NCBI GenBank assembly: GCA_041546225.1
Contig: JBFEWT010000017.1
Location: 1 to 27,212, forward strand
DNA length: 27,212 nucleotides
Direction: 5' to 3'
Source: Sulfurimonadaceae bacterium
GTDB taxonomy: Bacteria; Campylobacterota; Campylobacteria; Campylobacterales; Sulfurimonadaceae
In this document: positions 26,933 to 27,212 of the stretch, in pieces
Position numbering within the stretch: position 1 is the stretch's first letter
Layout: the number at the start of each line of letters is the position of its first letter
The notes under the pieces: generated by a model
Seen by the model: the letters and a program-made list of their open reading frames with translations, nothing else
Databases searched by the model: none
What the model was told of the DNA's origin: nothing
Position numbers and translations under genes: made by a program

Positions 26933-27212
26933 TCCTGCGGCGGGCGTACATGCCGTAGAGACTCAGGAGTCCGAGTCCTAGCAGCATCCAGATACCGGTA
27001 CTGCCGCTGCCGCCGCTGCTGCTGCTATTTTCTTCCGCCATTATAGCACCCGGGTCTTTGATCTCGGCATTTGCCCAGCCATCGGCATCATTTGGACCGC
27101 CATCCTGAATAGTAAGCTGAATACACTCATCACCGCCAGTAAGCGTTCTATAATTTGATGAACCTGGAGAAGGGCATACGCCATCAACTTTTAATGCTGA
27201 CTGAACGGCATT
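26922..27212 (-). CDS. 3' end of a gene for a GlyGly-CTERM-sorted secreted protein (partial; 5' end beyond the window)
   Basis: The ORF runs open to the window edge and is not in the supplied ORF track. Its 96 visible residues are NAVQSALKVDGVCPSPGSSNYRTLTGGDECIQLTIQDGGPNDADGWANAEIKDPGAIMAEENSSSSGGSGSTGIWMLLGLGLLSLYGMYARRRITN*. They show a Ser/Gly-rich linker with GG, a hydrophobic TM segment and an RRR cluster, which is the canonical GlyGly-CTERM architecture. An Asp/Gly-rich DGGPNDADGWANAEIKDPG motif sits upstream. Confidence 0.7.
   Translation of the reverse strand, partial: NAVQSALKVDGVCPSPGSSNYRTLTGGDECIQLTIQDGGPNDADGWANAEIKDPGAIMAEENSSSSGGSGSTGIWMLLGLGLLSLYGMYARRRITN

Noticed and set aside
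1-27212. CRISPR arrays, IS elements or transposases, integrases, phage genes, tRNA or rRNA genes.
   Set aside because: I found no regularly spaced direct repeats. No transposase or integrase motifs (DDE, tyrosine recombinase) appear in any frame that I could recognise. No tRNA-like GGTTCGAAT-type T-arm sequences occur in intergenic DNA. The window looks like core chromosome.

Overview
This window is a gene-dense stretch of chromosome from a Gram-negative bacterium, about 50% GC with AT-rich intergenic regions. I support about 30 protein-coding genes and found no rRNA, tRNA, CRISPR array, IS element or prophage gene.

Genes are arranged in long co-directional arrays, and many junctions are 1-4 nt start/stop overlaps that imply translational coupling.

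- **Plus strand, 1.6-6.1 kb:** group II truncated haemoglobin, ilvE, an HflK-like SPFH protein, fused hisIE, and two paralogous 2-TM membrane proteins.
- **Minus strand, 6.1-11.7 kb:** a TIGR01212 radical SAM protein, purF, dapB, trxB, a membrane-anchored thioredoxin-fold protein lacking the CxxC site, trxA, and yraN.
- **Minus strand, 11.7-15.5 kb:** a Cys-type FdhF-like molybdoenzyme and a GAF/HD-GYP phosphodiesterase.
- **Minus strand, 15.7-21.6 kb:** hom, a class-I aminotransferase, a secreted hypothetical protein, a RodZ-like protein, a TrmH-family methyltransferase, rsmI and rpmE.
- **Remainder:** a TonB-dependent receptor, rsmE, a small membrane protein and moeA.

The most interesting locus is at the 3' edge. 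A 192-aa six-TM rhomboid-family protease with rhombosortase features lies convergent to, and 11 nt overlapping, a truncated minus-strand gene. That gene is absent from the ORF track. Its C-terminus, ...SSSSGGSGSTGIWMLLGLGLLSLYGMYARRRITN*, is a textbook GlyGly-CTERM sorting signal. Together they form a rhombosortase/GlyGly-CTERM protein-sorting pair.

Other notable observations:
- a redox-dead thioredoxin-fold gene inserted into the trxA-trxB operon;
- two overlapping inverted repeats at the promoter of the TonB-dependent receptor;
- a Cys-for-Sec FdhF-like enzyme coupled to yraN and sitting next to a GAF/HD-GYP gene.

All protein calls rest on motifs recognised by eye in the supplied translations. 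I could run no database search.
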